From positions 1,612,001 through 1,676,000 of the forward strand of contig NC_087250.1 in NCBI RefSeq assembly GCF_037042905.1: 64,000 nt of DNA. The letters are read 5' to 3'. Position 1 is the first letter of the stretch. Every line of letters starts with the position of its first letter. The position numbers and the translations under genes are program-made. The notes below the pieces were generated by a model. It made no database searches. It saw only the letters and a list, made by a program, of their open reading frames with translations, and had not been told where the DNA came from. The DNA comes from Lytechinus pictus. Lineage: Eukaryota. This document shows, piece by piece, positions 14,079 to 27,930 of the stretch.

Positions 14079-14644
14079 TAAGGAATAATATTACTTACAT
14101 CATGCGCTTATCATAAGAAATTATACATTAAGGGCTTAACATGAAACGTTGGACATAACATTAACACATTATATAATCATTTGATAATTCTTTCTCATAT
14201 TTGATAAGGAGATACGATATGATGATTTTAAAACAATTTTTTAAACAAGTTTTTTACCAAGTGATCTCTGCACTTCGCTGAGGACGAAAGAGTGTCAAAG
14301 TTGCAAAGTTATTATTGAATGAACTGTTTTCAATTAAACTCACTGTAAAAAAAACAAGCATTATGATTTCTACCAAATTGAAAGAGTATGAGGTTATGTA
14401 ACATGGTTTTCATCATATCAAATCATTGGACACGTACAAACTAAAACCATTGGAGAAGAATAATAATCTCACCGACAAAAAATAGCATTAATATTATTAA
14501 CAGAATTAAGAATGAATTAATTCAAAATTTCTACGCGCATATTGTTCTTTACCGTTCACCTATTTTTTTTTAAACAAGTGCACACCTAGTTACCAATAAT
14601 GCACAAAGCATTTCCATCTATTTGAAAGCAGGATAAAAGAGAAT

Positions 14645-14745
14645 TTTAGATTGAATGCCTTGCTCACGGGTATAGGTACCGCGGCCTGGGATCGAACCCC
14701 GGACTTTCAATGTATAGCCAGGCGCCTTAGACCCCTCGGCCACGA
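14645..14745 (-). mobile_element. tRNA-derived SINE head (also at ~34985-35085 and ~56445-56545 in the sister units)
   Basis: Minus strand gtggccgaggggtctaaggcg (A box) ... ggttcgatccc (B box) followed by cccgtgagcaaggcatt core. Confidence 0.75.
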
Positions 14746-14869
14746 CAAGTTTATAAAATACAATCGATAACAACATTATTTGTACAGTTATCTTTTATCT
14801 TTAAATAACAGATTAAAATTCTTATACTAGTCACTGTATTCTTTGCCGTCACCATTATTATCAATATTA

Positions 14870-15085
14870 TCTCCATCGTCATCATCATCATTTTCATCGT
14901 CATCACCACGATCATCATCATCATCATCATCATCATCATCTTCATCATCACCATCACCATCACCATCACCATCGTCATCTTCATCATTATCATCATCACG
15001 ATCATCATCATCATTATCATCATCATCATCACCATCACCATCGTCATCATCATCATTATCATCATCATCATCATCATTGTCACCA
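14870..15085. repeat. (CAT)n microsatellite (paralogous at ~35210-35346 and ~56798-56862; another at ~27950-28148)
   Basis: Direct reading; produces the spurious poly-Met/poly-Ser/poly-Asp ORFs. Confidence 0.95.
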
Positions 15086-17183
15086 TATTGAGCAGTATGG
15101 TATCATGAATATAAAGAATAAGGTATAATATATAAACCTTATGTTAAAACAAAAATCACTTAAGTCTCATGTATAAGAGAAATACACATAATTTCCCAAA
15201 TATATGTTTATATTGTGCATAAAAGATTGAACCAATTTGCAGTTTGATTTTGCTATGGAACCATCAACATCAATCAAAGACGAATTCTTATTACATAATG
15301 ATAGTTTCATAACTATAAAAAAAACTGAACTATTTACAGTACTACATTTCAAAACAAAATATTTCTTACGCAAGGCTTACAATTCTTTATGTAAATAAGG
15401 CCAAGATGAATAAACATTTATTTTACATGATTCTGATATTGATCATTATTGTTAATGGTCTGATTGAAAACAAATATCCAAAAGCAAACTGTTATTTTAA
15501 AATTCACCATTTTCAGTTATACTGTACATAGTGGGTCTGCCTTTCATAAAGGTTGTTTAAAAAATGGCTGAATATATTTCGTGTAAATACAATGATTTTA
15601 TCATAACTTTATCAAGTGTTAGTTCACTGGTTTCTCAGTATATGAATTATGTCAAAATATAGAATTTTTTTCTCGAATAAACATTCTATTGAAAAAACAA
15701 TGCACAACTTTTAACCCTCTCAGTAACGGTTTTAGCAAACTCAATTGACCTACTACACATAGACATGACTATACAGTATATTAAGGGATCGATGTATATT
15801 GTTGAAACAGATTCTACTCATCATCTTCTCCCTCCTTTCTTTCTGTCCAATCATCTTACATTTATCTTCCTATTAGCCCCCGCACTCTCTCTCTCTCTCC
15901 ATGCCAGTCAACCATGCAACATAACATAAGCATGTGAAATATCCATGTGTCCCCCTTTAATAAGTATTGTGCATATTTATGTTCCATATCTGTATTTGCA
16001 ATTAGCAGTCGACTTGGCGCGCCAAGTTCCCTTAATCTTATACGTTATTTACTTTATATACACCGTTGAATTCATGAAACCTTGTATTATATTTCTTAGT
16101 TTATTTGATAAAAGAATGATGCTAAAAGGAAAACATATTTAAGAAAAACGCTCTTGGCCAATATTTGGGCTAAAAGTGAATATTTTTTATACGACGGGGT
16201 CCCTTATGTTTGCACTTAAAAGGCCAAAATTAATAAATCTACATTGAATCGTATTCCAATCAGTCTTGTTAGTGTTTTGCTCTTAGTTTGTTCGCTGATA
16301 GAAACCTAATTGCTATTAGGATGGCAAGTGAAACAGATGAGATTGAAACAGAAATGTGACACCAATGTTTAAATTAGAAGTCTGACAGGCTCATGGCACA
16401 TTTTTATGGAAGTAATTTAAACCTTGTCCATAAAAAGAATGCATATTTCATTCGCTAAGTGAGGATTACCAGTCCAATTGAGAGAAAATGATTAATCTGT
16501 ATTGATTTATATCTCTTTGTTAAATTTTACGATAAATCTATGGATTCTTGTACATTCTTTAATTAAGTTGTTCAGCCACTGCACTCAGTAGAATCTGATC
16601 AATGTCTGCACCTTCAAATCGGAAGTGTGTTTGGTTATCTATCTTTCAAATACCAGAAAATATGGAAATATAAAATATGGCATTATGCCACTATGACTTT
16701 ATTTATTTTGATTTCCTTTTATTTCTGCATTCACATCGGTATCAGAATGTCAAAATATACAAAGGTATTATATAACAAAACTGTAGTATTAGTCGTAATA
16801 TAAGTTGTGAAAATAAGTATTACAAGATGTATTATACATTTTGCAAAGCAATACTTTCTAAAGGAAATCCATCGTGGCGTGTAGGCTTGATGATGATGAC
16901 GGCTCGTCATATTTTATGCAATATGACCTCGCCAATAATATTTTCAACCAATGATATAGAAACCCATTTCCACATGCATGATACATGTTCTTTGATACGG
17001 GAGTTTTGGGGTTTATTATTTTTTTTAGAAATGCCTATTGTTAACCGTGATGTTTTAAATAGATCAGAGTTATTAGGTCATAATAGGCCTCACTGCTACA
17101 GATATTTCAATTATCCAAAGATGGTATTATTCTGGTCAGTGTGTCTCATATTCATCATAGTGAATGATCCGACATATCATCGT

Positions 17184-19001
17184 TTAGAATGTGAGCCGCT
17201 TTTCGAAGACGAGAATACTGTCTCCATCAGAAGTAATTATCTTGCCTGATGATGAGATCATTACACGAGATAAGAAAAGGTGATATCGCCTATGCACCAC
17301 AGTCCATTGATCAGTCATTCTAGTTGATAGAGGGAATGACGTCACTCTTCTCTTCTTCACTTCATTCTCAATCATCACCTGATCAATCATACATGTCTTG
17401 TACTCGTCGTCTAATGTCACAACGTACATGTCATCTGTTATAGGATCAACACTGACATTATAGATGTCATCATTGTGGGGGATTTCCCTTTGACCACCCT
17501 GTCTGTCTATGATTAGTACTCTCTTACCAAGAGGGTAAGGTTGAGCGATGATGTGACCTGATGATAGCACACCTCGCATCACTACATCCTGTTTACATGT
17601 GATGGTATTCACGATCTTACTATCAGCTGGGTTGATGACGTATATAATAGACTGACCCCTCTCAGCAGCGATGATCATCCCATCACGGTCAACAGCTACA
17701 TGCACCGATGAGGTATCGTGCGTTGTGTTTCTTTGTATTGTGACGTCATTGATGCGCATCCATTGTCTGTCATACACACTGATGCATCCAGTCAAACTGT
17801 CCCCTGTACAACCTTTATAGCGTCTACCACACACTATATTGCCACCATTCAGTAATGCACAGGAGATTACCAATGATGTATTAGTACCCGTTATCACTCT
17901 CTGGATGTGGTTAGTGTTAATATCTAACATGTATGTATGCGGGCTACCTGAGACTATGCCATTGATGATCACATTACATTCATCTATGCAACCCACAATA
18001 ATTGGGTATGTGATTTTATCTTTGACACTGATTGTATCACTAAGCATCCACTCGCCATCATACCCACCAATCCTACCATCATACTTTTCTCTCCCAACAC
18101 TCTTCACAAACCTCACACATGATATTCTATCAGTGATTTGTTTCACATCATTCTTATAAAGTGGTTTCTTTAGTTTATCACTCACTGACATGTTCACACT
18201 ATGACCATCTTTAACAATGTTTTTATCGTCTTCTAGTACTGTATCTATGGTTTGTATTGCATTCTCTATTGTTTTTGTGTCATCCTGTAATGATTTCATC
18301 AACTCTCTGATCTTCCTATCCTTCTCTTTAACAATGTTATCAATGTCTCTATGAAGACCAATCTTCTTACTGTCCATGTGTCTTTGTCTAATCTGTGCAT
18401 TTGTATGGATTAATTCAAGTTGTTTCTCCCTCTCTTCATTGTTCTTTCTAATCTTCTCATTGATCTTCATAATCTCCTCTTGAAGTACTTGATTCTGATC
18501 ATCAAATTCTTGGTTGATTTTGTCAGCCTCCATCTTCTCCTTGACTTTATCTAAATTGATCGCATCCTTGATTATGGAATTAACTTCATCTGTCAAAGCT
18601 TGTAGATGTGTGTCTGTGTCTTTCGTGCATTGGTCAATTTCACCTTCATAAAGACGACCTTCTTTTAATTTGTCCCGCCCTTTTTCTTTTATACTTGTAA
18701 GATTTGCTTGAAGGTCTCCAATTGCGACATCCATATTTTGTCGCACACATGGGTCTAAATGATCTAATGCACAAAAAGCACACAACGGTTTACCATGACT
18801 TTTACAATATAATTTTACCTTTTCATCATGTTCTTCACAATAAATATTTGGTACACCTCTTTTAACTCTTGCGACGCATCCTTCTTTTGAGGCGCAGTCA
18901 TCACAGAGTCTCTTCTTCTCCTACACGTAGTACGTCACATCTGTGATTGATTGACACTCATTTCCTTCACATTGTTGGTCTAGGGTGAAGTTAGTTGCCA
19001 T
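17184..19001 (-). pseudogene. RING-less TRIM-like gene copy 1 (B-box1, B-box2, coiled coil, NHL-like beta-propeller) with premature stop at codon 27
   Basis: accATGg at 19001 (MATNF); CEGNEC...CDDC; CEEHDEKVKLYCKSHGKPLCAFCALDH; E/K-rich coiled coil; VAVDRDGMII, VSVDPITDDMYV beta repeats; TAG at 18921-18923 where copy 3 has GAG; 606-codon frame otherwise open. Confidence 0.85.
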
Positions 19002-20146
19002 GGTAATCAGAGTAGTGATCTGATGAAAATGGAATACAAAAACATATTTAAAAAAGGGAAGATAGATAGATAGAGAGAGAGAGAGAGAGTGAGAGAGTAG
19101 ATGGAGTGGTAAAGATTTATAAAGAGGGAGAGTTAGACTGGAGGGGGAGAGAGAATGCAAACAGAGATAGGGGTGAATTGAATAAGGGGGGTAGAGGTGG
19201 AGGGAGTGAGACAGAGTAGCGGTTAAAAATAGAAAAAAAAGAATAAATAAGAATGAGAGTAAGAATAGGGAAGAGATAAAGGGAGAGTAGGATGAAAAAG
19301 TTAGAAAAAGAGAGAAAGAGTGAGAGAGAGACAGAGATAAATAATAAGTCATAGAAACGACTTCTCTCCTTACGTTGGCAAATGACTTTATTGTGATTTT
19401 TTTTTCTTTTTAATCTTGAAAGATTTAAATTAGCGATGACATAAATTACAAGAACAAATATTTCTGAATGTTGTGATAAAATGAGAAAACATTTGTTTCT
19501 CACAGTTTGACATACTACCTGTTGTGGTAAGCTCTCCAAGATGCCTTATTCACCTAATATTTGCCGAAGATGGCGTGGTTACTTATGCAGCAGAAGGTTG
19601 AAAGTTTACTCCAGGCTGAAAATGATATGAATTGAATAGAATAAAAAGAATAATGTCAGACAAATATTACAATGAAAATAGGGAATAATACAACTACGAA
19701 ACCCTTCTCGGCATGGCTTTGTTAATATAAATCTCCCGACCGTCTGGTTGTTATTACCTTACGAAATGAATGTAAGGTGATTTACTCAAGGTTTTTTCAC
19801 AAAGAATGAGAAAATTGGAGTGACTTTTGATTTTATAAGTAAGATCATCTTTGCTTATTTTGTTACTGGGAGACATGTTGCACACGCATATACCATCAGT
19901 TGCATATTATAGTCCTACCAGTTTTCAAAAAATATTGTCAAGTTTAAAAATTCAGTTTCTCCGTTATTTTTAAAACTATAAATATGTTAGTCGAGTAGGC
20001 ATTAACACTTTAAAATGTGACTACAAGATGTGGAATGTATCATACCCACCCCCCCCCCCTCCCCATCTACCCCGATCATGGCTCACGAATTGAAGTTTGC
20101 GCTTGGTAGCTCCGTTTTTTTTATAACGGATATTCTCTTGCTTTTA

Positions 20147-21068
20147 CAGTGTGTATCAATAAATAGTTTACACTTTGAAAAAGACACAACTTGGTGGGTA
20201 ATCTGTTAACATATATTGTTGGGGTTGTGTCTCATCTTTCAAATGTAAAAAGATAATTTGACAGAATGTTACACTAAATTCAGCACTTTCCATGCTCATT
20301 TTCCACGCTGTGCCAATAAAAAAAGGGCGAAAACAAACTGACCGTGCGGTTCATTTCTCTTTTTTTTTTTGCATTTTCAGTCAAATGAATTTAAGGATAC
20401 ATTTGAACGTTCTGTGACAATGTTGCTAACAAACTAACATTTTTTACCCGAGGTAAGCACAACCATTACCCTTTTTGTTCCAGCTGGATCTGAGGAAATA
20501 TATGAATGTAAACGCCAAAAAAATATTTGAGATATTTCCAGCATTTTTTACTAAGCTATCATTTTTAGTGCATGAGTTTTCATTTCATTTTTCATTTTAA
20601 TTCTTGTTTCTCGACACTTTTTTCGAGCATGACAATGATTAAGAGAACGAAAATCATACCAAGCCATTTCATCTGAATCACATCTCCGTGAAAAGCCAGT
20701 TGCCATTATAATGACCTCGGTGTGTGGGGGACAGGGGCGCATTGGCGCTCTATGAACTATCGGGCAAGGAATAAAATTTAAAAAAGTAAAACATATTTTC
20801 AAACTACTATTCTTATAAAGTCAATGTTCTCTTCACGATCAATGTTTACCTTTATCCATATAACTATTTCTAATTTCTGCGCAAATAATTTTTCACGAAC
20901 TTTTCAAAAGTAAGTGGTGCTCACTCAAGCACATTTTTTTAAGCAGTTATATCGTCATTCTATTAAAGAGACTTGTACCAATTTTTAATTGTGGAAAAAG
21001 CTTCAGGATAACATGAATATATTAGTATCATTTTTATTCCCCTAAGTGGAAACCTTTTATACGCACTA
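20147..21068. mobile_element. Tc1/mariner-like non-autonomous element
   Basis: TA|cagtgtgtatcaataaatagtttacacttt ... aagtggaaaccttttatacgcacta|TA; body homologous to 31401-32369. Confidence 0.65.
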
Positions 21069-24000
21069 TAAAGGAAAGGAAGAGATGAGCAAGAAGAAGT
21101 CATATCCCTTTTAACTGATATTAAAAAAAACATGCATCTGCAGACATTACTTACAAATCAGCTATAGTTTGGAATTATAACACTACACATATTCATAAGT
21201 ACTCAATATAATAAGATAAGAGCCGTATTCTTCCTAGAGATCACCAAGATTGATAAGGGAAACAAAATACTCATCTGAAAACCTAAACTACAAGAGCGTT
21301 TCCTCTATCCCATGGACAATTCTTTACTTTTAGTCTCTTAATGTTCCAAACAGACTATAAATATAAATTCCGGCCAATATCGTTCTCTCAGAAGAGCATT
21401 TTATGAAGTATCATTTTCTCATGATCATTGGTATACCGCCATCAACGACACAATGTGGAGAAGCCACTAGTTAGAGGAGATCCTCCTCAGTTAGGTACAA
21501 AATCATTTCATCAAGTATTAAAACAAACATTTTCATGAATTAACCAATCAGCTAGATAATACTCAAGATGATCAATAAACTCTTTTGCGGGTAACAAGAC
21601 GAACAAAATGTATTAAAATTTTATACAGAATCGAAGTAGATGTTGTACATGTTGTAGGAGTGTCTATTCTTATCGCATGAATTTGGGGATTGTTTCTTTT
21701 GGCACAAATATGATGAAATGATATTCACTCTTTATTTCAATTCAAACATAATACAACGTAATATGTATCAGATACAAACTAGCGGGCTTATACGAAAAAC
21801 AGTAGAACATACAATGCATGGAAATTGAGACAGATAAACTGATCGTTCTCAATACTTATGTAAAATATTGTTTATTTCCTCGATAACAACCGATAAAATG
21901 ACGTTGTAGGGTGTATCGACCTTTATAACTCACCTTGTTTTTATTGATCCTCTTTTATGTATTATGACGTCACCTTCTATGATGATCTCTTGGAAAGAAT
22001 GAATCTTTTTTAACGTTACTTTTAAACTTTATATAAACTTGGGATATCGATGAGTTGAACGACATCTAAGCTGTGTGACAAGATGGCGTGTATACATGAT
22101 CAATGTCGTTACACGTCTATGGATTACGCAGTGGTAATTCCCTTATTTCGGGGGTAATTTTTCACACATGGCTAGGCTGTACTACAGTGAGTTGAATAAA
22201 TATCAAATATGAATTGAGAGGAATGTCACAATCAAATATTTGTCAGTAGTCACATGATTGCATGGAACATGAGAATAATAGCTTCATGGTGGGAGCGTCG
22301 ACAGGGGATGAACTTCAATAATTCTTCTGAATAGATTGATATGAATATGAATTAGAATAAAGAGAAGGGGAAAGAGAGACAGTGACAGTAATGAGTATAG
22401 CAGTTAGATTGAGGAGAAGAGATAAGGAAAGAGACAGAGAGAGAACCAATCTATGAAATATCTGACATTTCCCAAAGTAAGAAAGAAACGGTAAGTATAT
22501 TTTCGGCATCTGACGAGGTCTTTTTCACACCTCATATACAGTACGCCCCCAACCCCCCCCCCCTGGATTCCCGTGTCTTTTCAATTCAAAGGCAAAAAAG
22601 TCTTATATTACATCATCAAATAATTCAACGATTCCTCTTTATATTGATACCTAATATGAACCGAACACCTCGTGCATTAATGAGCAAGACGAGTTTGAAA
22701 TTTTAATGTCAAATCCAGATTACGCAGAAAAATTGGACAACATCGTTGGTGATAAGACGACCGCGCATATTTGACGACTGGCTCATTATCATTCTTTTTT
22801 TAATTCTCTGTTAAGTTTTTCTCAAATGATCCCTGAAATGAGAGTGGATTCAGTTTCACACGTAGGTTTTTGTGCAAATCGTTTCTGATATTCCTCAATA
22901 TTTTGTAATCTGCCATGCGTAAGAGATTTGCTAAGCTGTGGATTTCAAAATGAGAGATGAGATTCCACTCTCGACATGAGTATCAAATTCATAATGAAAA
23001 AAAAATATTCATTTTGATTGTAAGAACTGAAAACGGGCTTCCTTTTTTGTGGGACGCACTATATCATAGGCAAAATGGGTAAACGTCATGATTCAACAGA
23101 GGTCACATGATTAGAGCGTTTCTGATTGGAGGAGTTATCAGCCACGATGGGAGCATCGATGAGAAACGTGCTTCAGTGTTTCTTGTGAATAGATTAACAT
23201 GAATATGAATCAAAGCACAGGAATATTTATAAAAAGGGAATGAAAGGAGAGACACAAGGAACTTCCTAAACATTGAACACTTCATAAAGAATTAAGCAGA
23301 GAAAGGGAGAAGAGAAAAAAAGGAGAGAGAAAGAGGCAGGGAGTGAGATAACAAACTAATGAAATATTTGACATTACACCAGCAAAATAGGAAATAAACG
23401 TGGATTGTATAATCGGTACATGGCATTGTCCCATGTGTACGGTGAAGTGGCGATAGGAAAGGCGGGGCACTGGTAGTGCTGAATCACCTCACCCCAGGGA
23501 TTTGTCTATGGTGTGTTGTGTATTACTAGTACCTATAGGCAACAAGCATCAACTTGAATTCAAGCGGGTATGCCGAAATATAGAAATTTAATCTAAATCA
23601 TCTTATATTTTATATCAGTCTTTGCTCTTTAAATGTAAAAATAATAACTCTTTAACAATCATTTCCAGGCCCCTTGGGAAACGTCCCAATCACACCCTTT
23701 TCACTGGTCATATGATTGGAGCTGGTATGAGCTTCACAATAGATGTATCGATGAGGGCGTGCTTCGGTGCTTGTTGTGAATATATGAATATAAATATGAT
23801 TTAAAGCAAAAGAATGTTTATTAAACGGGGAAAAGAGAGACATAAGGAAGGTGAGCCAGCATTCGAAATGTTTTAAATTCCATAAAGTAAGAAAGGAACA
23901 GTGAGTGTATAATGAACGCATATGTCATGTATGTAGGTGCATTTACATGAGAACCAGAGCAGAGTAACTGTTCTAGTAGGTTCTAGTAACTGCTTCAGTT

Positions 24001-24479
24001 TAAACTGGTTAAAAATTTATTACAATAAAAGCGGATGTGATAAAAGAGCTACGTGGTGAATAAAAAAACTTCATTTTAATGATTCCATCTTAACTAATAT
24101 ACCTTTCCAATCCTGTTGGAAATTTGATTGCATCTTGTATTAAATACATGGGGGGGGGGAGAAGCAGCGACCAAAATAAAAACTTTTGAATTGCTGTTGA
24201 CCTGCACTTGTTCAAGTGATATTATTTTGTGTTGAATTTCACCATATCATGGTAAGACCCTCTATCCAGGCTTAATACTTTAATAAGAATTCAATTCTGA
24301 CCTTCTCTATGGCTAACAAATGACAGGATTAATTCAATGTATTAAGATAAGGATGGTGGACATTTTGACCGTAAACAAGCCTTCACTCTTTAGAACGTTG
24401 TCCTCTTGAACTAATTGACAAACTTCTTTTATGTTGACTCGTTTTGTTTCAAATTTGAAATTTGACATCAATATTCCTC

Positions 24480-27400
24480 CCACCCTATCACACACACAAG
24501 TACCCGCGCACACACCCACTCAAACTCTTTTCTCTCTCCATTGTATTAACTTTCTTCCATTCTCTACCCCTCATCTCTGTCCTCCATCTATATCTCTCCT
24601 TCTTTTGTAATCCATCCTCCATTCACACACACACACACCCTCACATAAACATTGTCTCTCTCTGCTAAATCATTCGTCTATCTCTTTTTCATCCCATCTC
24701 TTTCGACAATAACCCCTCAGCTGTCCTTTGTGATTTGACTTGTAATAAAATGTTAAAATAATTTCTGTGTTGTAGAAAGCGTCATTCTAATACCCCTCCA
24801 TACCCCTTCGCCATCTCTGTTCGTCATCTTTATATTTCCTCTTGTTCTCCCTTCTCCCCCCCTCACACACCCACATACACACACACACTCTCTCTCTCTC
24901 CATTCTAATACACCTCCATTCCCCTTCGCCATCTCTGTTCTTCATCTTTATATTTCCTCTTTTGTTTTCCTTCCCCGCCCCACACACACACCCAAACTAT
25001 CTCAAATCAATCATCTTTTCTCACAAGCTATCTCTTTCTCTCTGTATAACCATTGCACTCTCCCCTCTCACTCTACTCCCTTACACACAAACACACCCAC
25101 ACACTCTCTCAAATCAATCGTCTTTAACAAACTATCTCTGCCCCTCTGTTTAATCAATGCACTAGCTCTCTCTCACTCGCTCTGCTTCTTTGTACCCTCT
25201 CATCAATAACCAACGGCAGTGTCTTGTAACATAATGAAATAAAATCAATCTTACGATCAGTCATATCACATTGCAATAAATGTTGCTCGTAAAATTTGAT
25301 CGCTTTCATATAATACATATAACATATACCTCAGTCACAATATGAATCCGATCAGTGTAGTTCTATTTTTTAAAATCGTTCACAAGTCTTCATATATTAT
25401 TGAACAAATCAAACGAGATTTAATGTATGTCTGCATTCAATCATAAAGAAGTGATTTAACAACAGAGTCCAATGTACAACATCTACGATCAGGGCCCCGT
25501 AACACACAAGTTTACAATCAATTTCTCATTGTAAATATTGATTCTGGTTGGTTCATTGTGATTATTATGAACAATTATGTACATTCAACCATGATCTTGT
25601 TATGCCATGGCAATTTTACGATTGACTGTAAACTTTTGTGAAACGGTGACTAAATTGGGTATTCCCAATACGTTTCTCGTGCTCAACAATAACAACATTT
25701 TGCTTCCAATTATTGTTCGAAATCAGCTTGCTGTAAATATAAACTGACAAAAGAGAAGAGACTGTGATTTATGCCCAACATTCCCCAGAACAATATATTT
25801 CACGCTAAAGAGTCAAAGTGCGATAGAAAATGAAAAAAAAAATCAAAGGGAAAGGTCCCACTGACGTCATGGTGCTTCTACACAAGACAAAAATTAACAT
25901 GAGACATATAAATTTAATAGGCGGAGATACATCAAGTAAAAGAACTACTCATATGTTGTGGCTTCCATTACCAGCTACTCAAAAACACAACTTTATAAGC
26001 TTGAATAAATTTCCTAATTTATGATTCATGATGAATAAATATACCTCATTTTAATTACAACTTATATCATATTAAGGGATAGTATTATTTAGATCATGCA
26101 CATATCATCCGAAACGTATATTATTATTTTTTCTTGAAACATTGGGCATGGCAGATTGGCGGTCATGTCGAAAATAGCATTAACTCATCATCATTATTTT
26201 GATATATTATAGTTAAAATTATATCGATAAATCTCTTCCATTAAAGATAAATAAAAAAGGAGTTGCTGTAAACACTCATTTTACTAAAAATCTGCTAAAA
26301 AAAGATAATCCGTACATGTTTTTTTTAATATATACAATATGACATCGCATAGAACTGAAATTTAAGAAATCAGGGGCGGTATTCTGAGGTCATTTTATCT
26401 TCAAATATTTTATTTTATTTCTTAAATTTAAACTGGTATTCTGAGATGACAATTTATCTCTCAGATAAAATTTAAAATTTTATCAACAGAGCGGTGGCTG
26501 CGTAGACATTACCATTGCCTATATGGCCATTGCAACGTGGGTGATGTGCTTGCGCCCAAGTTACTTTGAAGAAAAATCAAAATAAACTTAAAAGAGGGTA
26601 GGGTCTATTTTATCTCCGCTACTTTGATTTCGTCAATATTTCTAGGTGAATTAACTCCAAATGTTGACATGAAAATGAAGAAAAACTATATATTTATTGA
26701 GAACAACACCTTAACGTAATCCTGTCTAATCAGGAAGTATTTCATAAGACTTGTCTTGACTAATATTGTCTTTGAAATGATGCTTGAAAAAATGCAATAT
26801 AGACATCGAAAAAAAGATGAGAGTTGTCAATTTTGTTAAAAAGAAATATCCGTAAAGACGCGCAAGCGTATAGTGCAAGCGTATTGAAATCAATATATTG
26901 ACGCAATCTCACTCCTTCGCCACACCTTCCAGCGGAATGGATTTTCATTAGTTGAGTGATATGAGACAGCTATAAAAGCGAGTTTCTAATTGGATATTGA
27001 TTTTTTTTTTAAAGATGTGTCTTACAGAGATAAAATGAAGAGAGATTTTAAGGGTATTTTATCTCACTGATTTTAACGGAGATAAAATGTTTTATTTTAT
27101 CTTAGATAAAGTGGATCTCAGAATATTACCCCATTATTTTGCTGAAACCAATGGTATACTTATAATCTCCCACTAGTAATCTGCCCAACGCTTAGACTGA
27201 CCAATGAGATCTCTACATTATATTCTGAAGGTGAAAGGGTTTCAAAATTACAAAGGAATTTAACTTGGTTTCATATTAAATTCGTTAATATGATATTTTT
27301 TTTTCCAATTATCAACACTATAAACACAATTATCATAAATTCTTACAAATTGATAGATTACGAGGTTATTCATAAAATCATATCACTGAATATATACGTA

Positions 27401-27930
27401 CAAACTAACACCATTTTCGAACAATAATAAGCTTATTACACCAATTCGAAAACAAGTATATACATGTAACCACAAACATATTAAGTGTAATTCGATGATA
27501 AGTGCCTAATTGTTCTACACTATATAAAATGCAATCCAATACACAATTATCTTAGTCTAAGCTCGGTATTATAAAGTCATGTGCACTTTGCTAAGAATAT
27601 GTATTATAATGTTAACACTATTATTGACCCTTCTTACGAATAACAAATTAGTATACTAGACACTGTATTCTGGACCGTCGTCTACATCACTATCATTAAC
27701 ATTACCGTCATTGTCACCATCATTGTCACCATGTCACCATCTTGAGCAGTATAGTATCAGGAATATGAAGAATAAGATAGGCCTAATTTTCAAAGAACAA
27801 TCACTTGAGTCCCATTCATCAGATAAATATAAACATTTCCCAAAATATATTTTTATATTGTGTATGAAAAAAATTAACTAGTTTTCAGTTCGATTTAGCT
27901 ATTGAACCATCAATCAAAGACGAATTCTTA
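24480..27930. repeat. Fourth, more diverged copy of the unit's downstream flank, without a TRIM-like gene
   Basis: 25240-26045 aligns with 12860-13650 (aaatgttgctcgtaaaa, aaagaagtgatttaacaacagagtccaatgtacaa); 27640-27930 aligns with 14820-15290 (gaaccatcaatcaaagacgaattctta). Confidence 0.8.
26373..27131. mobile_element. ~760-bp MITE with terminal inverted repeats
   Basis: gggcggtattctgaggtcattttatct / agataaagtggatctcagaatattaccc; internal ttttatct/agataaaa repeats; absent from units 1-3. Confidence 0.7.

Larger units (their letters stand above)
11398..22265. repeat. Segmental duplication unit 1 (TRIM-like gene plus flanks)
   Basis: cagctttatgaaacgaaccccagatc start shared with 30938; 12500-19900 colinear with 32400-38107 and 54000-62100; weaker homology to unit 3 continues to ~22260 (agtagtcacatga). 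Confidence 0.9.

Noticed and set aside
14660-14745. tRNA genes (also 47286-47360)
   Set aside because: A/B boxes continue into SINE core and tail; no convincing cloverleaf
14751-15091. Poly-Met/Ser/Asp ORFs (also 27885-28148, 35090-35553, 56549-57046)
   Set aside because: Translations of (CAT)n microsatellites and N runs
15945-16142. 65-aa ORF repeated in all three units (36281, 57860)
   Set aside because: Conservation is explained by recent duplication; no motif, and it is antisense to the gene's downstream region
18921-19539. Long hydrophobic ORFs upstream of the TRIM-like ATG (also 60922-61707)
   Set aside because: Translations of GA/CT-rich intronic sequence and N runs
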